DNA of 63,758 bases, counting the filler, from Gonapodya sp. JEL0774 (lineage: Eukaryota): NCBI GenBank assembly GCA_027604505.1. It is 44 parts of 44 records of this genome, joined end to end, with 100 filler letters (N's around TTAATTAATTAA, not from the genome) between each part and the next. Parts side by side here need not be neighbours in the genome. Positions count along the whole stretch, not along the records: positions 1 to 1,363 come from JADIIX010003273.1; positions 1,464 to 2,826 come from JADIIX010003274.1; positions 2,927 to 4,288 come from JADIIX010003275.1; positions 4,389 to 5,750 come from JADIIX010003276.1; positions 5,851 to 7,212 come from JADIIX010003277.1; positions 7,313 to 8,673 come from JADIIX010003278.1; positions 8,774 to 10,134 come from JADIIX010003279.1; positions 10,235 to 11,593 come from JADIIX010003280.1; 36 more parts are not named here. One strand, written 5' to 3'. The first letter of the stretch is position 1. Each line of letters begins with the position of its first letter. The position numbers and the translations under genes were made by a program. The notes below the pieces were generated by a model, which did no database searches, had not been told where the DNA came from, and worked only from the letters and a program-made list of their open reading frames with translations. Shown piece after piece: positions 1 to 12,124 of this stretch.

Positions 1-114
1 GTGGCTTTGCCGGAGAGTCGGGGTAACTGAACCTTTTTGGCATCATCATACCCGCACCCACCCGTGGACCCACCTCATCCCACCACACTAAAACCACACC
101 TTTCCGTCCCACAG

Positions 115-915
115 AAAGTCATCCCCGCCTCCATGATCGACTCCAACACCAAGTTCTTCCTCAACCCCTCTGGCCGCTTCGTCATCGGTGGACCCCAGGG
201 CGACGCCGGTGTGACTGGCCGTAAAATCATTGTGGACTCGTACGGAGGCTGGGGCGCCCACGGTGGAGGTGCCTTCTCGGGCAAGGACTACACCAAGGTG
301 GACAGGTCCGCAGCGTACGCGGCCCGTTGGATCGCCAAGAGCTTGGTCGCGGCGGGATTGGCACGGAGGGTGCTCGTGCAGTGCGGGTACGCCATCGGTG
401 TTGCGGAGCCTGTGTCCATCTACGTGGACGTGAGTGTCCGGGGAGGGTGAAGGGTGCGGGGTGGGGGGCGTTTCAGCCGTACTGGTGCGCGTGTAACTGT
501 GTGGGGTGCTGACTTGACGTGTGTTTCCCCACTCAGACCTACGGCACCGGCAAGAAGTCCAACGCCGAGCTCCTTGACATTGTCAAGAAGAACTTTGACT
601 TGCGTCCCGGAAAAATCATCAAGGAGCTTGACCTCTGGAGGCCCATCTACACCGCTACCGTGAGTGAGATTTGCTATTTGGTGTTGGGTGCCTCGAAGGG
701 GGTGGGACTGACTCAATCCGTTTGTAACCCCGCCTTGGTCCCTCGCCACTCGCGCTCCTTTTCAGGCTTGCTACGGCCACTTTGGTCGCTCCGAGTTCCC
801 CTGGGAGCAGCCCAAGAAGCTCATCGTGAGTACATGCAGTTCCTCCTCCTCCCCGCTTAGGGACCTTGTTCTCAACGCCGTTTTCCTTTCACACCTAAAC
901 CCACTCCAGTTCTAA
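115..915 (+). CDS. SAM2: S-adenosylmethionine synthetase, 3' part (exons 115-429, 537-659, 766-825, 910-915)
   Basis: [84 protein letters not shown] introns join the exons in frame. Confidence 0.97.
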
Positions 916-1363
916 ACTCACTACCCCACCTCCGTTCCATTTCCATCCGCATGTATAGAGTGATTTTTTACAAGAGGGATACAGTGTTTTCTTTAAGAAT
1001 ATACATCCCTCACTTGCATGAAATACTCCGGTGTTGTGCTCTTTGAAATTGCATGGGATGTCCATGGGATGTCCACGTCCTGAAGGAACAACGAGTAAAT
1101 CGAAGAACGAGGGTTGCTTGTCATGGAGCGCAGCACCAACTCACTCAGTTGGTGAGCGATTACACAAATCTCAACCACCACACTACGATGGCGGACGTTC
1201 TCATAAGATCGAATCTGAAAAGATCGCGTCTCATGTTCGAAGAATCCGTGGAGTTTTTGGACGACCCGGTCAGGTGAGAGCTCCCACTGCGAAGAAATGA
1301 TCCAAAGCATCGCTCAACGTTTTCGCCACCCCGCGGTTCCTTACCAAGCCAACGGCTCAAGCT

Positions 1364-1463
1364 NNNNNNNNNNNNNNNNNNNNNNNNNNNNNNNNNNNNN
1401 NNNNNNNTTAATTAATTAANNNNNNNNNNNNNNNNNNNNNNNNNNNNNNNNNNNNNNNNNNNN
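1364..1463. other. Artificial contig linker (44 N + TTAATTAATTAA + 44 N); first of 43 identical copies separating 44 contigs
   Basis: The identical 100-bp unit recurs every ~1.44-1.46 kb. TTAATTAATTAA gives stops in all six frames. Contig lengths fall monotonically from 1363 to 1338 bp. Confidence 0.99.
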
Positions 1464-2826
1464 TGGCCCACTCGGGGAAGGACAGCAGTGAGGACAAACA
1501 CTGGAGTGTCATCGGCGACGGTATCCAGCGGAGCAACGGTTACGGGTAGGGGACGGGCCGGCACTGGGACCAGCACGAAGCACAAGGACGCGGCACCGAG
1601 CGCACACACACCTCCGCCCTCCACGAACCCGCCGGTACCTTCACCCTTCCCGCCGCCGCAACCTACCACAACTTCGACAAGCCAAGCGCCTCCTTCATCT
1701 CTCCCTCGACCTCAGCGGAACCGAACTGGATCAACTGGATCAAACGGCTCCATGAGCTCAGCTGGCCCTCCCCCATCTTCCTTACCTGTACGCGCGCAGT
1801 CCCGAGACAGACCAGTAGGGTTTCCGCAAAGCCCCATTCAGCCTCCGTCGCCAGGTGGGAGCGGTGGAGTGATACCTGCGATACCGCCGCTTGGAGCGCC
1901 ATCAATGCTTCCGCGATCCCGATCGTCGAGCAAGTCGAAATCCGCATCCGTGTCGGCTACCTCGCTGTTCGCGAATTCACCGCAGGCAGCTCTAAGTATG
2001 GTGGATTTGGGAGCCGTGGGTGGTGTAATGGACGTTCCTGTTGTGCCTGTTGTGGTGAAGGATGGCGGGGTGAGCTTGGTAGGCGCTGGGTCAGGAGCAC
2101 TTGGCGGAGTGCAGGGGTTGCCACGGAGTCGGTCCGCCTCGAATACGATGAGCGGTATTGCGGGTGCTGGAGGAGAAGGTGGGGGGAGTTCTGTCACTAC
2201 AAGAAGGTCCCCCGCGGTGGGTATCACTGCAGCGGCGCAACTGGGTCGCACCGGGGGTAGCGGTGGGAACACAAACGCCACATCCACTGCCAGTGGATCC
2301 TCGACCGGCATTTCGCGCTCTACGTCCCACCCTACCAAACTGCTTCTCCCTGGTTTCAGTGGTACTGTCCCCAAGGGATTCAAGTTGTCGGATGCTGCGG
2401 CCATGCTGGGAGAAAGTGGTGAGCTTGGAGATGCAGGTGCGGTGCCCATGATGGCTGCCGCTCCAGCAGGGCGGGCAGCACTAAAGCCAGCGGGAAGAAC
2501 TGTGTCCGGTGGAGCCGGAGCATCGAAGGCAGGGACAGGGAATGCATTGGCGAATAAACCTGGACCCAGCCCGACTAGAGGAGGTACTACGAGTGGGACA
2601 ACGTCAAGCCGGAGTACTAGCTCTAGTAAGACCGGGGTTAGTGCGAGCACCACCGCTACTCGTGCACCTCCTGTGACGGCACAGTTACCTGTGCGGACGA
2701 GGGCCTTGAGTGATGCGCAACTCAAGGGGGCAGCTGCGTCAGGAGGAGGTAATGGTGCAGTGAGCACTTCAGCTGCAGGATCCACAACAAAACCGGTTTC
2801 GGCGAGGATGGTGAACGGGGTGACAG
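1464..2826 (+). CDS. Internal fragment of a Ser/Gly/Ala/Thr/Pro-rich low-complexity protein
   Basis: Frame open across the whole contig (~450 codons); no recognisable domain. Confidence 0.55.
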
Positions 2827-2984
2827 NNNNNNNNNNNNNNNNNNNNNNNNNNNNNNNNNNNNNNNNNNNNTTAATTAATTAANNNNNNNNNNNNNNNNNN
2901 NNNNNNNNNNNNNNNNNNNNNNNNNNTGAGTTGGCGGTTTCAATGGAGAACTCACCGTCAAACGTTTTCCCCACCATATTTCAG

Positions 2985-3451
2985 CCATTCTCTCGGCCAT
3001 TTCGCCAGAGAATTTTGCCTACTTCTCGGACCAAGCCGCGACATCCTTCTTTGGTGGCCGAAAGGATCTTAAATATACCAACAAAGAATACCTCGAGTTT
3101 ATCACCGACGTGTGGCGGGTGCAGAAGGCCTTGAACGAAGCAGAGATGATCGAGGCGAAGAAAGGTGATGATGGTACGGTGACTCACAAAACATGGACTG
3201 CCGTGGAGGTGGAGTCAGCGGTTTGGGCCGATGCGGTGGGGAGGTTTTTGAACGTGCCGGGATTCGATGACGGGGATTCGGTGACAGTGCCGTTTGAAGG
3301 ACAAAGCAGCCAAGCATTCCATGTTGAAGATACTGATGCGAAGGCTGAGGAACCTGCTAGGAGTTCGAACAAGAGAGCACTCGAGGACGAGGCAGAGAAG
3401 GACGAAAACGACGGGGCGAGTTCGCGGAAGAAGAAAACGGCAAAGCGATAA
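2985..3451 (+). CDS. Terminal exon of a conserved uncharacterised protein, probably HhH DNA-glycosylase-like fold
   Basis: After the TTTCAG acceptor: AILSAISPENFAYFSDQA...LKYTNKEYLEF...WTAVEVESAVWA, then a basic NLS-like tail (RKKKTAKR). Confidence 0.55.
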
Positions 3452-3943
3452 TTATATGTTGGTTGTAGATGGTGGTAAATATCGGTTACAATTTTCTTGC
3501 GAGTGCTTGTTTTGTCTAATTTCGCGGCACTCTCGTTTCAAAACTTGGTTGGCATACAAGAAACTGTGCGCCATAAGACAGCTCTTGTTAGATGCAATTG
3601 AACGCTTGCGTGTCTGCCCGCGGCGCAGGTAAGGTAAATTCGAGCGGAGAATCCCGAGTTTGTCCTGATCGGAGAGTTTCGTTGCACCTTGCGGGCCGGC
3701 TCAGCACTCGCCCACGGCACGGTCAGGATCTTCGCAATGTCTGCAATCATTGATGCAAGAATTGGAAACAACACCATATAAATTCCAAGTGAGCTTAAAT
3801 CATCCAATTTTCACTTTCTCAATCGCTCCATTGTTCATCGCAATCGCCATGTTTGAACAGTGGGATGACCTAGACAAGCAATACCGTTCCCGTGAGCAGC
3901 TTCGACAGATCAAGTTGGTTTTTCATCATCACTTTCAGTCTCA

Positions 3944-4156
3944 TTGACGTCCTCGTCTTCATTCCCAGCTACTACCACTGCTCGTTCCGTTGCATCCAGT
4001 TCGACGTCCACCTCATCCGCAGTGATCTCATCTCTACAAGATAACCCACAATCCTTGAACGATGATACGGCATTCCGCGTTTCCCTTGTCGTTATCTTAG
4101 TAGTCGCTGGCAGTTTCTTTCTCTTAATGGTCGTCTATTCGATTCGGCGACTGCTG
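3944..4156 (+). CDS. Possible exon of a single-pass membrane protein
   Basis: S/T-rich stretch, then hydrophobic VSLVVILVVAGSFFLLMVVYSIRR, then a GTGAGT donor. Confidence 0.35.
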
Positions 4157-4863
4157 GTGAGTGATCATTCATCTGGGGTCTTCTCAGTACCTAAACACTT
4201 TACTACTTGATGAGCACTGACTTGGATGATGCTGCACGACATCATATAAACTAGTTTTCTGAATCAATCTCATTTTTTCTACTGTTTTNNNNNNNNNNNN
4301 NNNNNNNNNNNNNNNNNNNNNNNNNNNNNNNNTTAATTAATTAANNNNNNNNNNNNNNNNNNNNNNNNNNNNNNNNNNNNNNNNNNNNTGTCTTAGAATG
4401 CTTTGTTAAATTAATGGTTGTCAGCCGTGTTTGCCCTCGACTGCTGCCACCGTGACGAAAGTGCGACCGGAACGAGGTTTCCCACTGTATCAACATAGAA
4501 GATCTGTGCTGTGACGGGCACTCAGTTGAGGTTCATCGGTTATCCGTTCAACATCACAGACAACACAAATATATCATAGGTAGCCACATATATTCTCGCA
4601 TCAAGAAGTTCTCCACTTTGTTTATTGCGACCTCTCGTCCTCTATGTCTGACTATCTAATACCATGTAGGTCGAAACTATTTGACCGCGTCAAGATTGCT
4701 CTTCCTTCATGTCTCCCACCCAATCGTGGTCGATGCGGACGTGTCTCCCGACATTTGCGCATGAGTGCTGGCAACACCATATCATGCCTCTTGGAATCAC
4801 GTAACAGGAGGTTTTCTGATGACTGGAGGCCAGCTTATGGTCACCGTATTCGATCGGCCTAAA

Positions 4864-5729
4864 ATGCAGTTACACTCTTTACTAGGGGAGGTGACACTCT
4901 TCCACTATGAGCCCTCAACGCCCGCCGCCATCGCATTCATCATTCTCTTCGGAATATCGGGGCTGGTGCAGGTGGTGCAGACGGTGAAGGGCAGGACCAT
5001 CTTCATGTGGACGATCATCGTGGGATGTGTGTGTGAGTTGTCCAACAAAGACTGTACAAGGAAACTACAATTTGGGTCGATTTGAAATGAGCTGGCCTCA
5101 CGGGCATGAATTTTTTTTATCAGCCGAGGTCCTGGGATTCGCGATCCGCTTGAAGGCAAAGGAGATCGCGCGGTCTGACCCCACCAATACAGCGCTATAC
5201 AGCGTTCAATTTCTTGGAATCGTGAGCTGATAAAGTGTTCTGATCGCAACTCGTTATTTTTGACACAACGTACATCATTTTCCTGGACCGATGTCATGAT
5301 AGGTCATGGCACCAATCTTTTATGCTGCCGGAGTTTACATACTTCTTTCAAGAATGTGAGATGTGCGGCGATTGTTCCCCATTTAAGCCTCTTATCTACT
5401 AATGCGTTCCCTGAAACAGCGTTGGCTTGCTGGGTGATCAATACTCTCCTATCAAACCCAGCCGAATCGCTCAGATATTTGTGGGCGGTGATATCACTGC
5501 ATTTGTTGTGCAATCGATCGGCTCTACAATTCTCCTGCTGCCGGATGCGGTCTCCAAGGGCCTTCTCGATACTGGACTGAGGGTGCTCATTGCAGGCCTC
5601 GCCATTCAAGTGGTTTCAATATTATCGTTTCTCATATTTGCAATTCTGGTGTACTCAAAGGCCAAGCACGTGGAAGGACGATGGCATTACCTCATGTGGA
5701 GCAATATCTTCTGTTCAGTTCTAATTCTT
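4864..5729 (+). CDS. RTA1-like (lipid-translocating exporter family) membrane protein, 5' part, multi-exon
   Basis: FHYEPSTPAAIAFIILFG, EVLGFAIR, MAPIFYAAGVYILLSRM, SPIKPSRIAQIFVGGDITAFVVQSIG, GLRVLIAGLAIQV. Confidence 0.9.
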
Positions 5730-6776
5730 GTGAGTGCCCAGTCAACCTTGNNNNNNNNNNNNNNNNNNNNNNNNNNNNNNNNNNNNNNNNNNNNTTAATT
5801 AATTAANNNNNNNNNNNNNNNNNNNNNNNNNNNNNNNNNNNNNNNNNNNNACTCTATGTTCGAAGAAGAAGACACCAATGGGTGGGGGAAATTGGTTGCG
5901 CAGGGACTTTTGGATGAATGTGATGCTGTTCGGACATTTGATTGGCTGTTCGATAGGGATTCCGCGATGATTGTGGATGCCGCCGCCAGGATGGACGCTC
6001 TGGACATTTGGCAGAAAACCGACTGACGGGGATCATTTTCGGGACCATTTTCCGTTAGCTGTGCGATTCGATGCTCAGCGAACTTAGAGTCCTCTGCCTG
6101 CCGCTCTTGGAGCTTCTTGCAAGGATTTGGTGACATTCGCGATGCCTTTAGAGTCTTAGGTCAAAGTGCAAAGATGGTCACTTGGAGATCTCACATTGAT
6201 TGCGTGGAAGTGATGCAGTATGTGATTATGAAGATGTGATCATGAAGATACGGAGCGGATCATGACCATTGAGAAAGTGGTTGTTGCATTTCTCCAAAGA
6301 AAGCATATGCCACTCGGACGTTCATGCAATGGATTAGTTGTGGCGATTTGATGCGGCTTGGACTTCATTTTTAGGTTGGAAACAGATGGCGCTCACGTGT
6401 TCTGTTATGCACTCAATCGAATGAGTTGCAAACGTGGCTGGGAATTCGCATTGGAAGAAGCCTGTGCGGCTTTCATGCGTGGAAAGCATTTCCCTGGGAA
6501 AGACTGCTACAACAACCTAACCGAGGACATTCTCCAGATTGGACTGGACCGCCATCAATTCGCGACAGTAGTTCAAGCGCTTGAGATTCCCAAAGCGGAG
6601 CGACAGAACTTCAGTGTGGCCTGCGCGAATGCTGCTAAAATACGGTTTAGCTTTCTTGAGGACGTGAGTGTGTACGAAGAGGAAATATAAGAGATTTCCA
6701 GGTCAATTGTATATATTACCCAGTTGATGGAGCAAGCGACATCAGCCAGTTGATTCTGGGACCACTGTACATCAGA

Positions 6777-7183
6777 TCAGTGATTAAATGTAGATTTCAA
6801 TTTGAAGTTTGCGTTCTTTGCTTTGCCTCTCCCCTTCGGACTACCACTCGTATGTTGCTGCCACCCGCCTGGCCGAGTGGAGACGCCTCGTTTAGACCGT
6901 CCAAGCTGCTCCTCGTGAACACAGCGATGACACTTGCAATCAAAGTAATAGTCTGACCGAAGTTTTTCACGACGTGCGGAGACCGGGAGACTTTGGGTGA
7001 TGTAAGAGATGGTGAGGGGATCACCTTCATGCAACAGTAATTCAAATTCGAAGTACAGACAAATGAGTGGATACCCTCATACTAGACAAAACAGCGGAGC
7101 TTACCTGATTTGAGATTTTGAAGTGTGACAAAAGTCAGTATGGATCCTTTCTGCTCAGGTTCACAGGTGGGTTGACACGAATG
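6777..7183 (-). CDS. SET-domain (SMYD/Set5-like) lysine methyltransferase, last exons
   Basis: (N)HSCQPTC, GDPLTISYI, RREKLRSDYYFDCKCHRC (SET C-terminal and post-SET motifs). Confidence 0.85.
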
Positions 7184-7610
7184 CTGGGAGTTGCCAAAGG
7201 AAGTGAGAGTTCNNNNNNNNNNNNNNNNNNNNNNNNNNNNNNNNNNNNNNNNNNNNTTAATTAATTAANNNNNNNNNNNNNNNNNNNNNNNNNNNNNNNN
7301 NNNNNNNNNNNNTTTCCGTAGATTTTGTTCGGAGATATCTAAAATGCCGTAGAGAAATGTACACCAATGTCCCTTCAATCAACCACGATTCTCTGGACGT
7401 TGGCCATGCCACATCCGATACTGCGAAAGTGTGAATGGGTCGACTTGAATTCGATCGATCGCAGACCGGACTAATACCCTCAAATCACGCAGACTTGAGT
7501 TGCGCAAACCAGTCTGATAATTAAGAAAAAACGTCACGAGCACTGTTGACACTATGCTCAAGATTATACATGTTATGAATAGAAAAGTTCGGTGTCCATC
7601 CCGCGAGAAT

Positions 7611-8486
7611 TCATTGCAATGGAGGGTCGTGCTTCCGGATGAGTTCCAGGATTTCCGTATACCCCGCTGCTTCTGCATGCACCAGAGCCAACCGTTTTGC
7701 TGGTTTATCCAGCAAAGTTCCACCTACATTCGTTCCCCTCTGCAGTAGCACCTTGACAACCTCAACTCTCCCATGCTTCACCGCGTACCAAAGTTCTGAG
7801 CCGTCGGCACCGTCAATTTCAGCTCCGTAATCCAACAGAAGGGATACAACCTCCGCTTGGCCCCTAGTGACTGCCTCTCGCAGAATACTTCCTTGACGTA
7901 ATACACCTCCAGACAAACAAAATCAGTGCCTGGGCATAACCTGACCACGCGCACGCCTTTGAAATATAATCACCTTTGCCACTCGCATCTGCCTTGTTGT
8001 TCAGCAGCAGTCTTGCTATCTCGATGTATCCGACGTGGCATGCCCAAGTAACAGGTAAAATGCGCCGCCACCGCCGTTCACATTCGCTCTCTTCTTAAGG
8101 AGTCTTCGCACAAAGTCAGTATTCCCTGCGTAGACTGCGGCATCCAGCAAGGTTGTTTTCCATCTTTGACTCGGAATTCGAGGAACAGAATCTGCCACAC
8201 AGAACGTCGAACCCCCAGATACTGGTCGCGCTATCCTTAGAATAGCATCAAGGACCCGGTGACGGTCATGTTCGGATCTAAAGGATTCGTATATGAAGGT
8301 TTTCGTAGGACTTTTGTAGTGAGAAAGCGCCCTGATTGCAATTCGATCGGGAGTTCGAAGCAGTTCGAGTAGATATCGGGTGAGGGCAACCGTGGGCAAT
8401 CCAAGGCGACAATCCAGGTACTCTCCGATGGAGAAGAGGATCTCAACGGAGAGGTCCATGAGACGAACGGACGACGTTGACGCCAT
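7611..8486 (-). pseudogene. F-box-like plus ankyrin-repeat protein with an apparent 1-nt frameshift near 8060
   Basis: N-terminal LMDLSVEILFSIGEYL. Ankyrin repeats TLLDAAVYAGNTDFVRRLL, PVTWACHVGYIEIARLLL (shifted frame), SILREAVTRGQAEVVSLLLDYGA and ELWYAVKHGRVEVVKVLLQRG. Confidence 0.7.
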
Positions 8487-8773
8487 GCGAGTCCCCTGCA
8501 GTTTGATACGTCAACGATTCCCCCACACATTGCACCTACTAACAATCTACTCGTGAATCCGCCAAAATCGCATGTCCAAGTTACATCTTCTGTTTAAATG
8601 AGTGCTACTGAGAAGGATACAATTATAGTCATACACCAAGCAGCCTGTGTGATAAATGCTGACCGTGCCGGTGNNNNNNNNNNNNNNNNNNNNNNNNNNN
8701 NNNNNNNNNNNNNNNNNTTAATTAATTAANNNNNNNNNNNNNNNNNNNNNNNNNNNNNNNNNNNNNNNNNNNN

Positions 8774-10134
8774 CAGACCCCAGTTTTCCATGGCGCTGGA
8801 AGTCAGAGTTCGGTGTAAGAGGAGTCCCGAAGACTACAGCACGGTTGGCCGAGGTGACCGAACTGCCGACTCACCCCGCACTAAAATCCGGAATGGCCAC
8901 CATATCCAATTTGTCCAGGGGGTACTCCACGTCAAAGTACTCAGAAAAGAACTCTATAGTCCTGGCCGCCACGTCAAGTGCGAACTTGGCCTGGTCGATC
9001 TGGTGGGCCGGGGCGTACACGCGGATGTCGACTGGTGGTGGGGGGGTTTTGGTGGTGGGGTGCAGGGGAAGTTTGGGGTGGGAGGTGGTGGAGAGGTGAG
9101 AGAGGGGGCCTACGACGAAGGCGAGGAGCTGGGGGTGTGGGGATGAGTTGATGGGGAGGGTTGATTTGGCTTAAGTTGAAGTCAAGGTGTGAGGTGAAGG
9201 TGACTGTACCCACGTAGGTACTCATGACGGGCGTCGTGGCGAAAACGACCTTCTTATAGACTGGTCGACTGGATGCCGAGCTGGAAGAGGAACCGCCGGA
9301 GTGGGCCTCGAGGGCTTGAGGGCCTGGAACAGGTACAAGTGTGAAACATCGGCACGATTGGACGATGCTCACACGGCACGTTTTCCGCGCACCTTTTTCA
9401 GCCGCTGGACCTTTCTTGTCCTGGGGGCCCTTCTTGTCTTCAGGTCCTTTTTTGTCTTCGGGCCCTTTCTTGTCTTGAGGTCCTTTCTTGTCTTCGGGTC
9501 CCTTGCTGTCTTCGGGCCCCTTCTTCCCCTCTGGCCCTTTCTTCCCATCTGGCCCTTTCACGGGCCCCTCGAACCTGGTCTCCTCCACCACCTTCATGTT
9601 CGACAGCGCCACGAGGTCCTCGGGCACGACGAGCGAAACATCAAAAGTGGCTTTGAGGGCGGGTTCGTCCCAGCTGATGGTGCGACGAAGAGAGCAGAAC
9701 GTGGAGTGTCTGGAAAGGACACGGGAACGCACGCGGTGAACACGAAAACGAACCAGGGAAACGCCCTCCTCGCATCCGTGGGTTCGAACTGCGTGGCGAC
9801 CATCCACACTTTGTCACCCTTGGGAGTCTCAAACGACGACCTGTAGAATCCCGCCATGCCGTCGTTGTGGTGGCCGGAAAAACGCAGCGTGAGCAGGGCT
9901 TTCCCACCCGCGGGGAGTGGGGAGGGGAAGGCCAACGTGACGCGTTCGAGTTTTGTATCGGCGGTGATTGAGGTGGCGGTGAAGCTGGGAGTGGTGGATG
10001 TGGATTGTGTGTGTGTGTGTTGTAGAGTAGGTGGATTACGGGAGGAACGACTCACAATTCCTCGACTTTGACGGAAGTCAGGGTGGCCGATGCGGAGAGC
10101 ACATCAACTTCATTGGCATTTAAGACGACGGTGG
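8774..10134 (-). CDS. M1-family (puromycin-sensitive/Ape2-like) aminopeptidase, internal multi-exon fragment
   Basis: MAGFYRS, ATQFEPTDARRAFP, WDEPALKATF, ALSNM, FATTPVMSTYLLAF, YPLDKLDMVAIPDFSAG|AMENWGL. Confidence 0.95.
9393..9558 (-). repeat. Coding 18-bp minisatellite, about 9 units encoding (E/Q)DKKGP
   Basis: KGPDGKKGPEGKKGPEDSKGPEDKKGPQDKKGPEDKKGPEDKKGPQDKKGPAAEKG, in frame within the aminopeptidase. Confidence 0.9.
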
Positions 10135-10274
10135 NNNNNNNNNNNNNNNNNNNNNNNNNNNNNNNNNNNNNNNNNNNNTTAATTAATTAANNNNNNNNNN
10201 NNNNNNNNNNNNNNNNNNNNNNNNNNNNNNNNNNGAGAGCACTCAATCCTACTTCACGTGATCTCCGCACACAG

Positions 10275-11060
10275 GTCTGTCCACTTACTGGTACCCACCG
10301 TACCCCAATACATGTAAGTGTTCCCCTAACAATCTTCAATCGGATGTATGGGCACTGAGCGGTGTTTGCGGAATGAAGTCACTCAAAACATTCTGGTGAG
10401 TGTTCCATAATTATTTAAATCTGTGAATGATGGTTGTGCAGTAATCAATCTACTCTCCCCGGTAGCCTGCTTACAATGATGTTGAGGCGCTCATCACCGG
10501 ACATAATTCGGCAACTGGGGCATATGAAGTTCCTGATTTCCTCAACATATACTCCACGGGTAAAGGAAAACCGTTCATGTTCGCTGAGGTAGGTTCACGC
10601 ACATGAGCATGGGTTCCGTTGTTTCGCGCGCTAAACTTAAAAATATCATCGTTATTCCAAACCAAACAGACCGGCATGCACTATATCTACAGCGGCGGGG
10701 GCCCTAGCGAAATCGAAATGAAGCGTGCTTGGTGGCAACAAATTTATGGCAGGGATCTGTTGACTCGATACAATATCAAGGGTGGGCATTGTATAAGTCA
10801 TGAGCCAAGATCCTCAAACGCTCACCGCTGGTGGTTCTCTCTGACAGGTGTGATGTACTTCGAAATCAACAAATATGTCGGATGTGGGTTGCAGGCACTC
10901 ACTAAATTGCCATACCTTCCGATTTAACGCGGTTGCGTTTCTGCATCTGACAATCTCAATCTTAGCTTATCCCCAATCGACGACACCATATGCACTCACA
11001 TACGACGACTATATTCGATCGGCGTTTGTGAGCGAGATCCCTCAGGACATTTTCTTCTGA
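10275..11060 (+). CDS. Glycoside hydrolase family 26-like protein, C-terminal exons
   Basis: Spliced reading: GLSTYWY...DFLNIYSTGKGKPFMFAE|TG...GPSEIEMKRAWWQQIY...RYNIK|GVMYFEINK...YIRSAFVSEIPQDIFF*. KPFMFAETG contains the probable nucleophile Glu. Confidence 0.65.
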
Positions 11061-11693
11061 GCCACTTGAGCTCACTTACATCGATGTCTCAAGGAGTAAA
11101 GGCTCTTTTCTTTGTTACTTGGATGCGGTATCGTACTTTCGAACATTTTCGAAGCCGTGCATTGTGTTTGAGAACCTGCACCATGCACTACTTGTCGTTT
11201 CTGCTGGTCAAAAGCGATGGATGCGGACTTAAACACCGCCAGCATAGTACAACAGATTGCAGGGATTTATTTTGTTTTTGGAATATCTATTTATCATGCA
11301 CCTTGTGCTCGACACCACTATTAGTTCGGTTGTGGCCCTGTGAATGTTGATCAACCTGTTTATATTCTGCCACGCCTCAAAACTTTGCTGTCAGTGTTTC
11401 CGCTCGACTTGCAATCGATTTGTACGGCCGAATTAACAGTAATAGGTCATAATTGACTACGTGCGAATTTCGGTGGTACAGTCATTGTCGAACTTGCACC
11501 AGATTATCTGTCTGTAAACAACGACCTGACGAGGTCCCAAAAACCCATCGGTCGAGTACATACATAACACCTGCCTCGGTCCTCCTCACCGGANNNNNNN
11601 NNNNNNNNNNNNNNNNNNNNNNNNNNNNNNNNNNNNNTTAATTAATTAANNNNNNNNNNNNNNNNNNNNNNNNNNNNNNNNNNNNNNNNNNNN

Positions 11694-12124
11694 GTCTCCA
11701 GCAGCTGCAGATGCACTACAGCATCGGATGGCAACAAATTGTCGTTCTCGACAACATTCTTCGGGCTGTCCAGCGCGTCGCCGGCTTCGCCTTCGATGAT
11801 CCCCGAATCTGGACATCATTCACTACTCTCCTCATTGACGCTCGCAACGGTGCTCTTTGGTCTGCAAGAGACGCTGACAAGGACCGTTCTGAAGACAAGG
11901 CCAAGAAGCCTTTGTATTGTCACAAGTACAATAGCGTGCATGGTTGCACAGTTGCTAACTGTAAGTGGCCTCACGTTTGCCGCAACTGTCGGGGTGGACA
12001 CCCCGCTTCTGCATGTCCCACCGCCACCCCTGGGGCCCCTCAGGGTGGTGTTGTCGCTGGTGCTGGGGCCCCCGTCGCCGGTCTCCCTGCCGCTCAGCGG
12101 GGGGGGGCCGGCGGGCGGGCATGA
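11694..12124 (+). mobile_element. Gag-like ORF1 (3' part) of an Ngaro/DIRS-superfamily tyrosine-recombinase retrotransposon
   Basis: Composite zinc finger CHKYNSVHGCTVANCKWPHVCRNCRGGHPASAC directly upstream of the RT ORF. Confidence 0.75.

Noticed and set aside
1838..2785. Long antisense and alternative-frame ORFs over GC-rich genes (also around 26325-27665, 42156-42988, 62460-63097)
   Set aside because: These are shadow ORFs expected from high GC and codon bias; they show no motifs.
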